The notes under the pieces were generated by a model, which saw only the letters and a program-made list of their open reading frames with translations, ran no database searches and had not been told where the DNA came from. Position numbers and translations under genes: made by a program. 64,000 nt of DNA from an archaeon. GTDB lineage: Archaea > Nanobdellota > Nanobdellia > Pacearchaeales > DTIR01. This document shows, piece by piece, positions 1 through 9,770 of this stretch (positions are counted from its first letter, which is position 1; each line of letters opens with the position of its first letter). The stretch is taken from assembly GCA_043808285.1 (NCBI GenBank), contig JAZDFA010000015.1:46085-110084 (forward strand). The letters are read 5' to 3'.

Positions 1-301
1 CCAGCTTGAAAAATGGTACAAAAACCCATGCAAGCAATATAGGCTTTCTTGGACCCCAATAATCCTGCCAGGATAAAAGATCAAAAGCTATCCTTTTGGA
101 TTTCATCATATACTCTGCTTCATCCCACCACAATGGCTGAGTTTTAGTGATAAAAAAATAGAATAATCTTAATGCTATGGCTATAAAAAATACCCCGAAA
201 AGAGCCTTGTTGTAAGGATCTTTAAACCACAAAGAAATCTTGTCTGCTAATTTAGTCTTTCTTGCAGCTAAAGTTGAATTTTTATCTGTTTCAGTTACCA
301 T
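1..301 (-). CDS. GT-C family glycosyltransferase (ArnT/PMT-like), N-terminal part only; gene continues beyond window start
   Basis: Minus-strand ATG at 299-301; translation MVTETDKNS...LWWDEAEYMMKSKRIAFDLLSWQDYWGPRKP has hydrophobic TM segments and a DEx motif typical of the first periplasmic loop of ArnT/PMT GT-C enzymes. Not in the ORF track because it is truncated by the window edge. Confidence 0.45.
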   Translation of the reverse strand, partial: MVTETDKNSTLAARKTKLADKISLWFKDPYNKALFGVFFIAIALRLFYFFITKTQPLWWDEAEYMMKSKRIAFDLLSWQDYWGPRKPILLAWVFVPFFKL

Positions 302-305
302 TTTT

Positions 306-1343
306 TTAGACAATCCCTTTCCAATTTTTTATTGCAATCTCATATCTCTCCATTGTTCCTGTATCAAACCATTGGGTATCAAATTTGTAACCATATAGCT
401 TCCCTTCTTTTGCAACTCTTGGAAAAATATCTTTTTCAAGCATTGAAAATCCCTTCGAGATATAATCTAAAACCTTGGGATCAATTATGTAGAATCCTGC
501 ACTTATAAAGTTAGATGGTTCCTCTCCCTTTGGAGGTTTTTCAACAAATTCTATTATTTTATCTCCATCAAGCTTTGCAACACCGTAATCATTTGGGTTA
601 TCTATTTTTTTGAGTGCAATAGTTATAAGCGCTTTATTTTTAACATGATTTTCTAACATCTCATCTATGTTTACATTTTTTAGTTCATCTCCATTTGACA
701 CTATAAATGGTTCATGAACCTTGTTTTTTAGATAAAAAAGCGGCCCGGCAGTTCCAAGGGGTTCATCTTCTTCTATATAGCTAACTCTTAATCCCAATTT
801 TAACCCATCTCCAACATGACTCTTTATCTTGTCTTTTAAATAACCAACTGAAAGAGTTATATCTCCTATTTCATACTTCTTAAATAGATCAAAAAGATGC
901 TCCAATATTGGCTTGCCGCACACAGGCAGCAGGGGTTTAGGAATCTCATAAGTGAGAGGTTTTAATCTTGTTACTTTTCCTCCGCAGAGGATTACTGCAG
1001 TTCTTACTTCTCCTCCTCGAATTATCCGATAGGAATCTGAATCCTCATGGTGTGTTGAAAATTCTATTAATTGGGAATCTTCTAATGCCCTTATTTTGTG
1101 TATCTGGCCAGGCGAGACATCTAGTATATCCCCTTCATTCAAAACTATCTCTCCTTTTTCATCAGAAATAATAAATTTTCCGCTTAGTACATAAAAAGTT
1201 TCATCTTTATTTTTATGATAATGGAAAGATGACTGATTGCCTTTTTTTAGAGTTAGCATCTTTCCGCAATAATCTTTGTTTACAATCCATTCTTCCATCC
1301 CCCAGGATTTTTCAACATTCTTGATAAAACTTCTCTTATTCAT
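306..1343 (-). CDS. Bifunctional cupin (PMI-type) / sugar-1-phosphate nucleotidyltransferase fusion
   Basis: N-terminal cupin region (WGMEEWIV...GDILDVSPGQIHKIRA) followed by an NTP_transferase fold (AVILCGGKVTRLKPLTYEIPKPLLPV...EPLGTAG). Confidence 0.65.
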   Translation of the reverse strand: MNKRSFIKNVEKSWGMEEWIVNKDYCGKMLTLKKGNQSSFHYHKNKDETFYVLSGKFIISDEKGEIVLNEGDILDVSPGQIHKIRALEDSQLIEFSTHHEDSDSYRIIRGGEVRTAVILCGGKVTRLKPLTYEIPKPLLPVCGKPILEHLFDLFKKYEIGDITLSVGYLKDKIKSHVGDGLKLGLRVSYIEEDEPLGTAGPLFYLKNKVHEPFIVSNGDELKNVNIDEMLENHVKNKALITIALKKIDNPNDYGVAKLDGDKIIEFVEKPPKGEEPSNFISAGFYIIDPKVLDYISKGFSMLEKDIFPRVAKEGKLYGYKFDTQWFDTGTMERYEIAIKNWKGIV

Positions 1344-1348
1344 TTTAC

Positions 1349-2371
1349 TTAAAAGTTAATCTCCCTTATTCTTAGCTCTTTCTTAGTTCCATTGCATCCT
1401 TCACACAATGGAATTTTGCCCTTATTTTTCAAAATTTGTTTCCTAAGAGAGATATATTTTTTGTTGTTCCATATATATTTAAATGACTGATTAAAAACAT
1501 TTCCAAGAACATATCCGTTATGAGAATCTCTACAGCAGGGTACTACACTACCATCAACATTTACAGTAGTTTCTTCCCAAAGATAATCACAAAAATTTCT
1601 TTTTTGCCCTTCCACCTCATTAGAATATCTCCTTAGCCGAGGATTTTTAGGGAGATAACCTTTTATTGGCTCATAAACAGAAATATCCATTACTCCTACA
1701 GTCTTAAAAAATATAGAATCAACTCCTATTTTTTTGGCAAGTTTTATTGCATCCTTTATTTCATGCTCATTGTGTTTCATGACTATAAACTGGAGCTTTA
1801 TTGCGGGGTATTTGGTATTCTCTTTCTTTTTTTGGGCAACAAGGGTTTGCAATGCTTCTATTACTTTCTTGAAACTTCCATTTTTGCGATATTTACGGTA
1901 GGTTTTTTCACTCGCACCATCTAAACTGATTATTATTTCATCTAATCTGCTTTTTACTATTTCTGCTGCATTATCCTTGGTTAAAAAAAAGCTGTTGGTG
2001 CTTGTATTGACAAAAACGCCTTGTTTTTTGGCGTAACTTATCATTTTAAACAAATTCTTGTTAAGCAAAGGTTCGCCCCAATTCCAAAGCCTTAAATGAA
2101 TTATGTATGGAGAAAATTGATCGAAAACTCTCTTAAAATCTTCAAATCTCATTGCTCCTTTTTCTCTGCCCAATAAACCCAAGCCGGTAGGACATAAAGG
2201 GCATTTAAGATTGCAAAAATTAGTTGGCTCAATCATCAATGTGGTAGGCATTCCAAAAACATGTGGAATTCTCAAAAATTTTGATAATTTTACATGCATC
2301 AGATTGAATAATCTGGAAGGTCTTGTAAGTATACAAGTAAAAAAGTACCTGCCCTTTGTCTTAAAATCCAT
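1349..2371 (-). CDS. Radical SAM enzyme with C-terminal SPASM/twitch domain
   Basis: CxxxCxxC motif (CNLKCPLC) and C-terminal Cys cluster (VVPCCRDSHN...CEGCNG). Confidence 0.8.
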   Translation of the reverse strand: MDFKTKGRYFFTCILTRPSRLFNLMHVKLSKFLRIPHVFGMPTTLMIEPTNFCNLKCPLCPTGLGLLGREKGAMRFEDFKRVFDQFSPYIIHLRLWNWGEPLLNKNLFKMISYAKKQGVFVNTSTNSFFLTKDNAAEIVKSRLDEIIISLDGASEKTYRKYRKNGSFKKVIEALQTLVAQKKKENTKYPAIKLQFIVMKHNEHEIKDAIKLAKKIGVDSIFFKTVGVMDISVYEPIKGYLPKNPRLRRYSNEVEGQKRNFCDYLWEETTVNVDGSVVPCCRDSHNGYVLGNVFNQSFKYIWNNKKYISLRKQILKNKGKIPLCEGCNGTKKELRIREINF

Positions 2372-2447
2372 TGAAAAATAAGCCCCAATTTCCTTTTAAA
2401 GCTTATGAACGAGAAAATCCAAAGCTATTTAAAATATTTAAGGCATT

Positions 2448-2948
2448 TTGCCTATGACTATGAATAAAACTTTGATGATTGTTTTGGGTGGCGGAGGTCA
2501 TACAAAACAGATGCTTAAACTAGTAAGCCTTCTTGGAAAAGAATATGATTATGAGTATTTAGTCTCATCTGGGGATTCTATCTCTGAAAAGAAGATAGAG
2601 ATAAAGGGAAAGGTATTCAGAATAATCAATCCTAGAGGTATGGATGACAAAAACATTCTCAAGGTGATAATAAAGTTTGTTCCTTCAACTATCCAGGCAT
2701 TGTCTGTGCTGTTCAAAAGCAAATCTTGTTGTATTCTCTCTGCAGGACCTGCATTATCTATCCATATCTCTTACCTGGGAAAATTCCTATTTGGCAAAAA
2801 AGTCATATTCCTGGAATCCTGGTCACGAGTGGAGTCCAGCTCTATGGCCGGAAAATTTTGCTATCCTTTCGCAGACCTATTCTTTGTGCAATGGCCAGAA
2901 GGGAAGAAAAATTACCCTCATGCTATCTATGCTGGGAGGTTAGGTTAA
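2448..2948 (+). CDS. Alg14-like membrane-anchor subunit of a split UDP-GlcNAc transferase
   Basis: LMIVLGGGGHTKQML motif characteristic of Alg14/EpsF-like proteins. Stop immediately abuts the Alg13-like ORF. Confidence 0.65.
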   Translation: MPMTMNKTLMIVLGGGGHTKQMLKLVSLLGKEYDYEYLVSSGDSISEKKIEIKGKVFRIINPRGMDDKNILKVIIKFVPSTIQALSVLFKSKSCCILSAGPALSIHISYLGKFLFGKKVIFLESWSRVESSSMAGKFCYPFADLFFVQWPEGKKNYPHAIYAGRLG

Positions 2949-2950
2949 AA

Positions 2951-3394
2951 ATGATATTTGTAACTGTTGGAACTGGCAAATTCGATTCAATTATAAAAGA
3001 GATAGATAGAATTTCCCCCACACTCAAAGAAAAGATAATTGCGCAAATAGGAAACGGAAAATACGTGCCTAAAAACTTCAAGTATTTCAGATTTAATCAA
3101 TCTCTTGATGAATATTACAAAAAATCTAAATTGATAATATCTCATGGGGGTGCTGGAACCATTTATGAGCTTCTCAAAATGAAAAAGAAGGTAATTGCAA
3201 TAGCAAATCTTGATAGAACTGACTCTCATCAGGAAGAGATACTAAATGCATTATCCCAAGAGAATAACTTGATATGGTGCAAAAACGTTAGAGAGATAGA
3301 AGGTATAATAAAAAAATCAAACTCTATTCATCTGAAAAAATATAAGAAACCTCAATGCATGATACATCATAAAATAAAGGAGTTTTTAGGATAG
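2951..3394 (+). CDS. Alg13-like catalytic subunit (GT28 C-terminal domain) of a split UDP-GlcNAc transferase
   Basis: MIFVTVGTGKF...ISHGGAGTIYE motifs. ATG at 2951 lies 2 nt after the Alg14-like stop. The ORF-track entry 2726..3394 is an over-extension in the same frame. Confidence 0.65.
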   Translation: MIFVTVGTGKFDSIIKEIDRISPTLKEKIIAQIGNGKYVPKNFKYFRFNQSLDEYYKKSKLIISHGGAGTIYELLKMKKKVIAIANLDRTDSHQEEILNALSQENNLIWCKNVREIEGIIKKSNSIHLKKYKKPQCMIHHKIKEFLG

Positions 3395-3401
3395 GAATAA
3401 A

Positions 3402-5234
3402 ATGTGTGGAATTTTTGGAGTATATGACAAAGGCAAGAGTACTGATCCTGAAAAGGTAAAGAAAGCGACAAATCTAATGGATCATAGGGGCCCTGATGGA
3501 TTTGGTTTTTATTTTGATAATGAAATTTCATTGGGGCATAGAAGGTTGTCTATAATAGATTTGAGTGAAAATGCCAAACAACCAATGTGCAATGAAAAAC
3601 AGGATATTTGGATTGTATATAATGGTGAAATCTATAATTTCAAGGAAATCAGAGAAGAATTAGAAGTATTGGGCCATGAATTCAAAAGCAATAGTGATAC
3701 AGAAGTCATAATACACGCTTATGAAGAATGGAGAGAGTCTTGTCTTCAAAGATTCAATGGGATGTTTGCATTTGCAATATGGGACTCTGCAAACAAAAGA
3801 CTTTTTTTAGCAAGAGACAGGTCAGGAGTAAAACCACTCTATTATTATATGGACAAGGACAGGTTTATCTTCGCCTCTGAAATAAAATCAATATTGGAGA
3901 TGGACGTTCCAAGAGCAATAAATGAAGATGCATTATATGACTACTTTAACTATTTTATACAGATAGGAGAAGAAACATTATTCAAGAATATAAGAAGCAT
4001 CCCTCCGGCACATTACTTTGTTCTCCAGGACAACAAGATAACTGCTAGAAGATACTGGGACTTTGAATATCTGACAGAAAATAAATCAGAAATTGAGTGG
4101 AGTTCAATAATAGAAAACGAATTATTCCAAAGTGTAAACAAAAGAATGATATCAGATGTCCCGATAGGTGCATTTATCTCTGGAGGTGTTGATAGTTCTG
4201 CAATAGTCTCATTTATGAAAGAGCAGTCTAAAACAGTAAAAACTTTCTGTGTGGGCTCTGGTAATGACCTTGAATTAAAAAGTGCAAGAGCCGCTGCAGA
4301 GGAACTTCAAACAGACCATCATGAAATAATGATAACCGCTGAGGATTTCTCAAAGAATCTCAGAAAGATGATATGGCATTATGACATGCCTGTTTCTTTT
4401 GCATCTTCAATACCACTTTATTTTGTTTCAAAGATGACAAAGGGAAATGCAACAGTGGTATTGACTGGTGAAGGGGCAGATGAAATATTTGCAGGATACA
4501 ATCGCTATAAACTGATGTTAAATGCAAATAACCTTTCAAAAATAACAAAGGTAATCCCAAGTAAAATGAAATCAATATCATCCAACATGATTACATCATT
4601 CTATTCAGATTCCCGCTATAAAAAGAATATAGAGATGTCAATAAATGGATTCAATCTGGATTATGCTACAGGTATAAACATACTGATTGGCAAAGAAAGA
4701 GACGCCTTATTCAAAGGAATAAAACAAAAGACATGGAATAAAAAAGTGGAAAGGTTACTTAACGCCAAACAAACAGACTTCCTCAATAAACTGCTCTATC
4801 TAGATTTCAAGACATATCTTGTGGAGCTCTTAATGAAGCAGGATAAAATGAGCATGGCTGCATCAATTGAAAGCAGAGTTCCTTTCCTAGACTATCATCT
4901 GATACAAACTGTTGCCAAAATACCCTCTAACCTGAAGTTAAACAACGGGATTGGAAAGTATATATTGAAAAAATCTCTGGAGAAAAGGCTTCCAAAAGAA
5001 AGGATATATCAGAAAAAGATAGGTTTTACTGTACCAATCAATAAATGGTTTAGAAAAGACCTGAATAGTTATGTTGCAGATTCTATAATAGATGACTCTA
5101 ACATCATAGGCAAATTTTTTGATGTTTCCAAGGTAAAAAAGATGATTGAAATGCAAAAATCCAAAGACTACTCCCTGCAATTATGGGCAATACTTAATTT
5201 CAAACTATGGATGGAGGAGTTTAAAGTTCAATAA
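3402..5234 (+). CDS. asnB: Asparagine synthase (glutamine-hydrolysing) family amidotransferase
   Basis: N-terminal MCGIFGVY Ntn-hydrolase nucleophile and SGGVDSS PP-loop; 610 aa. Confidence 0.85.
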   Translation: MCGIFGVYDKGKSTDPEKVKKATNLMDHRGPDGFGFYFDNEISLGHRRLSIIDLSENAKQPMCNEKQDIWIVYNGEIYNFKEIREELEVLGHEFKSNSDTEVIIHAYEEWRESCLQRFNGMFAFAIWDSANKRLFLARDRSGVKPLYYYMDKDRFIFASEIKSILEMDVPRAINEDALYDYFNYFIQIGEETLFKNIRSIPPAHYFVLQDNKITARRYWDFEYLTENKSEIEWSSIIENELFQSVNKRMISDVPIGAFISGGVDSSAIVSFMKEQSKTVKTFCVGSGNDLELKSARAAAEELQTDHHEIMITAEDFSKNLRKMIWHYDMPVSFASSIPLYFVSKMTKGNATVVLTGEGADEIFAGYNRYKLMLNANNLSKITKVIPSKMKSISSNMITSFYSDSRYKKNIEMSINGFNLDYATGINILIGKERDALFKGIKQKTWNKKVERLLNAKQTDFLNKLLYLDFKTYLVELLMKQDKMSMAASIESRVPFLDYHLIQTVAKIPSNLKLNNGIGKYILKKSLEKRLPKERIYQKKIGFTVPINKWFRKDLNSYVADSIIDDSNIIGKFFDVSKVKKMIEMQKSKDYSLQLWAILNFKLWMEEFKVQ

Positions 5235-5235
5235 A

Positions 5236-6699
5236 ATGGTAGATGTACTTCTTGTTAACCCACCCAGAATGAACAAAATTCCTACTCCCAGGGAGATAGA
5301 TTGCGCCAATCCGCAAAAAGATTTTTTGGTGCAGCCACTCTATCTTGCATATCTAGCCTCTTCAGCCATTTCTGCAGGTTGCACTGTAAAACTTTTCGAC
5401 CTTAATCTCTCAGACGAAACATATGATTCTATTATTCCCTCTATAAAAGAAGAAAAACCTAAATTAGTAATTGGAGGGTTTGCAATCCCATCTATATATC
5501 TAGATCTGCAGCTTTGCAGTATATCCAAGAAGTATTGCAGTGCTCCTGTAGGAATCTGGGGACCAATACCTTCCTCATTACGAGACGTCCTTTACAAGAA
5601 ATTCCCAGACCTTGATTTCATAATTGAGAATGAGCCTGAATTTGTAATGATTGAAATTGCTAAAAATATCAAGAGAAACAAAAAAGATATCTTCTCGGGT
5701 GTTAAGGGTGTAAGTTACAGAAAAGGCAAGAAGATCATATTCAACGGTTTTAGACCTCTTGGAAATCTTGACAATCTTCCTATTCCCGCTTATGATTTGC
5801 TCCTAATGGAGAAATATCATACTCCTTACAACAGGAGACTTCCTATGACAATAATGAGAACCTCCAGAGGGTGCGTTGCAAGATGCATATTCTGCCTTAT
5901 AGGGGGATTAGATAACCCCTACAAGGGATATGGTACAAAATGGCGTTCCCAGGGTGCCAAAAGAACATTGAAAGAAATAGAGTATGTTGTAAAAAACTTC
6001 GGTGTGAAAGAAATAAACTTTTTTGATGCAGAATTCACAATAGACAAACAAAGGGTAAAAGAAATATGCAAGGAGATAATAGAAAAAAATCTAGATATAA
6101 TGTGGAACTGTAATGCTAGAGTAGACTTAGCAGATTATGAAACATTAACTTGGATGAAGAAAGCTGGCTGCTATGGAGTTAGCTACGGTGTTGAAAGCAT
6201 AAATGAAGAGGTATTAAAAATATGCAAAAAAAACATAAATGAGCACCAAGTAGAAAATGCAGTAATTGTCACTAAAAAAGCAGGCATACAACCGGCACTT
6301 TATTTTATGATTGGGCTTCCTGGAGAAAAAGTTGAAAGTATAAAGCAGACAATAGCCTTTGCTAAAAAAATGGCTCTTAAATATGACTTAAGACCCCAAT
6401 GCACTATTGCAACACCCTATCCTGGAACAGAATTCTGGAATATGGCTAAAAAAGAAGGCTGGATAAAAGAAGATTTTGACAAACTAGAACAGACAACTGC
6501 GTCGATTTCATATCCCTCTCTTTCCCAAAAAGAATTAGAGTATTGGCATAAACAATTTTACAAAGAGATAGTATTAAATCCTCTAAGGCTAATAAAAAGG
6601 GTGTTGAGAATAAGACATTGGAATGAAATTAAAAGTATACCTATGCACATAAAAGAATTCTCTGTTGCATTATTCACAAAAATGAGGTATGTAAGATAA
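5236..6699 (+). CDS. B12-binding-domain radical SAM enzyme (class B)
   Basis: N-terminal B12-binding Rossmann-like region then SRGCVARCIFC radical SAM motif. True ATG at 5236, directly after the asnB stop; track ORF 5146 is over-extended. Confidence 0.8.
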   Translation: MVDVLLVNPPRMNKIPTPREIDCANPQKDFLVQPLYLAYLASSAISAGCTVKLFDLNLSDETYDSIIPSIKEEKPKLVIGGFAIPSIYLDLQLCSISKKYCSAPVGIWGPIPSSLRDVLYKKFPDLDFIIENEPEFVMIEIAKNIKRNKKDIFSGVKGVSYRKGKKIIFNGFRPLGNLDNLPIPAYDLLLMEKYHTPYNRRLPMTIMRTSRGCVARCIFCLIGGLDNPYKGYGTKWRSQGAKRTLKEIEYVVKNFGVKEINFFDAEFTIDKQRVKEICKEIIEKNLDIMWNCNARVDLADYETLTWMKKAGCYGVSYGVESINEEVLKICKKNINEHQVENAVIVTKKAGIQPALYFMIGLPGEKVESIKQTIAFAKKMALKYDLRPQCTIATPYPGTEFWNMAKKEGWIKEDFDKLEQTTASISYPSLSQKELEYWHKQFYKEIVLNPLRLIKRVLRIRHWNEIKSIPMHIKEFSVALFTKMRYVR

Positions 6700-6703
6700 A
6701 AAA

Positions 6704-7558
6704 ATGAATGAAAAAGTGGTTGTTGCAGTATGCACTCACAATAGAAAGCAACATCTTTTACAAACAATAAAAGCATTTAACAAAATAAAAAGAAAAAATT
6801 TCAAACTTGCAATAATTGATTCTTCAGACCAAGAACTCATAAAAAATGAAAAGAAAGGAATAGATTTCTACCTACACATGCCAGATAAAAAACCCCTCTC
6901 TATAAAAAGGAATATTGCAATAAATAAGATTGATTCTTCATTAATATTATTCACAGATGATGATTGCATTCCTTCAAAAAATTGGGTCAACGAAATAACC
7001 AGCCCTTTTAAAGATGATAGGGTAATGTGTGTAACTGGGAAGACAATTCCTTCAGAGGAATTCAAGAAAAGCAACTATGAAAGGATATTCACTTTTGATA
7101 ATCTAGGTAATAATAAAAGAGAAATAATAAAACATTTTGGGCTGCATAATCTCTGGAAAGTAGGTCACGGAAACAATATGGCATTCCGCACTTCAGTATT
7201 TAAGGAAATAAGACTTTTTGATGAAAGTCTAGGAGTAGGCAGCCCAATAAATGCTGGAGAAGATGTAGACATGTTCTATAGAATTTACAAAAAAGGTCAT
7301 AAAATAATATTCAATCCTAATGCAATAATAATTCATAAGCATATATCTAAAGATGATAATCTAATTGTTTGGGCTCGTAAAAATACATATGCATCAAATA
7401 AAGTCCTTCTAAAGAACATTGATTTCAATACATTTGTTATATTTCTCGGAGGGATACTCAAATTATCCTTGCAGACAATTAGTGCATTTATTAAAAAAGA
7501 CCCACTTAAAGGAAAAGTCAAATTCAATTCATTAATCGGATGGATAGGAATAAAATGA
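6704..7558 (+). CDS. Family 2 glycosyltransferase
   Basis: VVAVCTHNRKQ...FTDDDCIPSKNW GT-A DxD-type motifs. Confidence 0.8.
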   Translation: MNEKVVVAVCTHNRKQHLLQTIKAFNKIKRKNFKLAIIDSSDQELIKNEKKGIDFYLHMPDKKPLSIKRNIAINKIDSSLILFTDDDCIPSKNWVNEITSPFKDDRVMCVTGKTIPSEEFKKSNYERIFTFDNLGNNKREIIKHFGLHNLWKVGHGNNMAFRTSVFKEIRLFDESLGVGSPINAGEDVDMFYRIYKKGHKIIFNPNAIIIHKHISKDDNLIVWARKNTYASNKVLLKNIDFNTFVIFLGGILKLSLQTISAFIKKDPLKGKVKFNSLIGWIGIK

Positions 7559-8667
7559 AAATAGATAAGAAAATAGCTGTATTGGCTACATTTTTCTGGC
7601 CTGTTTCTGGAGATGTAAAAGATTATCCATATAACATAGCAAGAGCACTTAAAGAAGAGAAAGTAAAATTCATAATTCAAACGCCTAATATATGGCCAGA
7701 TGGAAAAAAGATTGACAGGCCAACTGATGATGAGTATAAAGGAATAAAGATAAAGAGACTCCCAGTATATTCAAACCTTACATGGTTCGTTAAATTATGG
7801 TTCCCAAAAGTAAAAGATTATGACATAATCCATTCTTGTGGGGGCTATAGGCATCCTGATATGTTAATTGCCTTCCTTAATAAAAAGAAGGGTTCTAAGT
7901 TCCTTCTCTCACCATTTTATCCAATGCATCCAAGAAATAAATTTGTTAATTTCTTAGTATGGCTTTTTGATATGACTATAGGCAAATCCCTAATAATCAA
8001 TTGTGACTGCTGTTTTGCTGAAACCAAGCAAGAAGCTAAATGGTTAAAAAAAATGGGTGCTAAAAAAATAGTTCTATTGCCCAATTCGCTGCCTAAAGAG
8101 TCTTTTCAGAAAGGAGACGGAAAAAAATTCAGAAAAAAATATGGTATAAATGGGAAGATAATTTTTACTCTGGGAAGACATGTTCCAATTAAAAATTTTG
8201 AGGGGATAATAAGAATAATGCCACAGATTGATGCTACATTGGTGATTGGAGGTGAAGAAACAAGTTATACTGCTAAATGCAAACAAATTGCTAAAGAAAT
8301 GAAAGTTGAAAATAAAGTTATGTGGGCAGGCTTTATGAATTCAGCTCAAAAAAGAGATGCCTATTCTGCATGCGATGTATACATCTGTTCAAGCATAAGA
8401 GAAAGCCTTGGTACAAGTGTAATAGAAGCGATGGCTCAAAAAAAACCAGTGATATCTACAAATTCTGGCGGTCTTCCAGAAATAATCCCAGATAGATTCT
8501 GTCTTTATGACTTAAAAAACAAAGAAGAACTGCTAAAAAAGATAAGAATCATTCTTAAAGACGAAAAATTTGCATTAGAACTTGGAAAAAAAGGATATAA
8601 AAAGGCACGGGGGTTCACTTTTGAAAAGATGAAAAGGACATATCTTGAAGCCTTAAAAGAGGTCTAA
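7540..8667 (+). CDS. Family 4 (GT-B) glycosyltransferase
   Basis: C-terminal ESLGTSVIEAMAQKKPVISTNSGGLPEII motif. An alternative start at 7555 forms an ATGA overlap with the upstream stop. Confidence 0.8.
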   Translation: MDRNKMKIDKKIAVLATFFWPVSGDVKDYPYNIARALKEEKVKFIIQTPNIWPDGKKIDRPTDDEYKGIKIKRLPVYSNLTWFVKLWFPKVKDYDIIHSCGGYRHPDMLIAFLNKKKGSKFLLSPFYPMHPRNKFVNFLVWLFDMTIGKSLIINCDCCFAETKQEAKWLKKMGAKKIVLLPNSLPKESFQKGDGKKFRKKYGINGKIIFTLGRHVPIKNFEGIIRIMPQIDATLVIGGEETSYTAKCKQIAKEMKVENKVMWAGFMNSAQKRDAYSACDVYICSSIRESLGTSVIEAMAQKKPVISTNSGGLPEIIPDRFCLYDLKNKEELLKKIRIILKDEKFALELGKKGYKKARGFTFEKMKRTYLEALKEV

Positions 8668-8669
8668 AA

Positions 8670-9395
8670 ATGAAAAAAATAGAAAAGATTTCTGTTGTAA
8701 TGGCAGCATATAATGAAAGGGGGAATGTTGAAGAGTTAGCAATTCGCATAAACAAAATTCTTAAAAAACTTAAGATTAAATTCGAAATTTTGTATATAAT
8801 TGAGGGTGATGATGGGTCATATGAATCTCTATGTAATTTAAAAAGAAAAATAAAACAAATAAAAGTCTATAGGCCAGAGAAAAAAGGTTTTGGACCAGCA
8901 TTTAAATATGGATTTCAAAAAATTTCTTCTGATACGACACATGTAGTAACACTCGATGCAGATTTAAACCACATGCCTGAAGAATTACCGCGGTTTATTA
9001 AAGGATATAAGGAAACTGGCGCAAATATAATTATAGGCTCCAGGCTTGTAGAGGGCGCAGACGTATGCAAACGTCCTTTTATAAAACAATTTATTAGCGA
9101 ACTTTCCAATGCAGTATTTCCTAAAGTCTATGGTCTGGATGCAAAAGATATAACTTCAGGTTATAGATTCCTAGAAATAGATGTTGTAAAGGCAGTCTAC
9201 CCAAAAATCGAATCAGTAAATTTTGAATTTTTGGCAGAGTTCTTAGTAAGAGCTAAAAAGGCAGGTTACACCATGCGAGAAGTGCCTATTAGCTTCAAAC
9301 CCAGAATAAGAGGGGAAAGCAAGATGGACTTCTTTCGAACAGGATTTGGTTACTTAAAGTTAACATTAAAAATGGTTTTTGTTAGATATTTTTAA
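8670..9395 (+). CDS. GT2 polyprenyl-phosphate sugar synthase (DPM1/GtrB-like)
   Basis: ISVVMAAYNERGNVEEL...TLDADLNHMPEE motifs; ~240 aa soluble GT2 typical of dolichyl-phosphate hexose synthases. Confidence 0.75.
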   Translation: MKKIEKISVVMAAYNERGNVEELAIRINKILKKLKIKFEILYIIEGDDGSYESLCNLKRKIKQIKVYRPEKKGFGPAFKYGFQKISSDTTHVVTLDADLNHMPEELPRFIKGYKETGANIIIGSRLVEGADVCKRPFIKQFISELSNAVFPKVYGLDAKDITSGYRFLEIDVVKAVYPKIESVNFEFLAEFLVRAKKAGYTMREVPISFKPRIRGESKMDFFRTGFGYLKLTLKMVFVRYF

Positions 9396-9579
9396 GAATT
9401 CACATAATCTATCTAAATCAAAAAATTGCTCCAGTTTTACTTCCGCCCTAAACAGAGAAAATCAAAGATTTTCTATGCCCAAAAAAACTCTGGTTTTTTG
9501 CGGGGGTGTAAGTTTGCATGCAATTTCGCGAAAAGCAGAAGCTTTTTCAGGACATTGGGAATCTTTAAGATTCCCCCTG

Positions 9580-9692
9580 TTAGGATGCTTGAAGAACACG
9601 CGACTACACACTAAACAGAGGAAATCTTGGTAGATTTCCTATGCATAGAAAAACAAAGTTTTTCTCTGTTTAGTCAAGTGTTCTTGACATAA
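9580..9692. repeat. Left copy of a repeated structured element: 32-nt core TTAGGATGCTTGAAGAACACGCGACTACACAC ... palindrome GTCAAGTGTTCTTGACATAA, with an internal hairpin CTAAACAGAG/CTCTGTTTAG
   Basis: Directly compared with the 10895-10963 copy. Core and terminal palindrome are conserved; the interior differs. Confidence 0.6.
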
Positions 9693-9733
9693 ATAGAATA
9701 AGTAACTACTTTAAAATTAATAATTTAGTAAGA

Positions 9734-9741
9734 TTTATAAA
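9734..9741 (+). promoter_or_regulatory. Candidate archaeal TATA box (TTTATAAA) about 30 nt upstream of the gmd-like ATG
   Basis: AT-rich TATA-like octamer at the expected distance for a short-leader archaeal transcript. Confidence 0.25.
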
Positions 9742-9770
9742 CTCTGAAGCTTGTTTTGGACTAAATTAAG

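Noticed and set aside
968-1171. Small or antisense ORFs from the six-frame track that lie entirely inside or opposite larger, well-supported genes (e.g. 968-1171, 2677-2943, 2987-3229, 4360-4581, 4938-5180, 13094-13642, 18871-19281, 25624-26202, 30280-30975, 31464-32335, 36594-37949, 54793-55392, 58074-58739, 59701-60000).
   Set aside because: Low-complexity translations with no recognisable motif, embedded in the opposite strand or alternate frame of genes with clear family signatures.
9379-9633. ORFs 9379-9633 and 9426-9614 in the long intergenic region upstream of the Gmd-like gene.
   Set aside because: They overlap the repeated hairpin element. Translations are Cys/Phe/Arg-rich with no motif. 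The region is better explained as structured non-coding repeat DNA.
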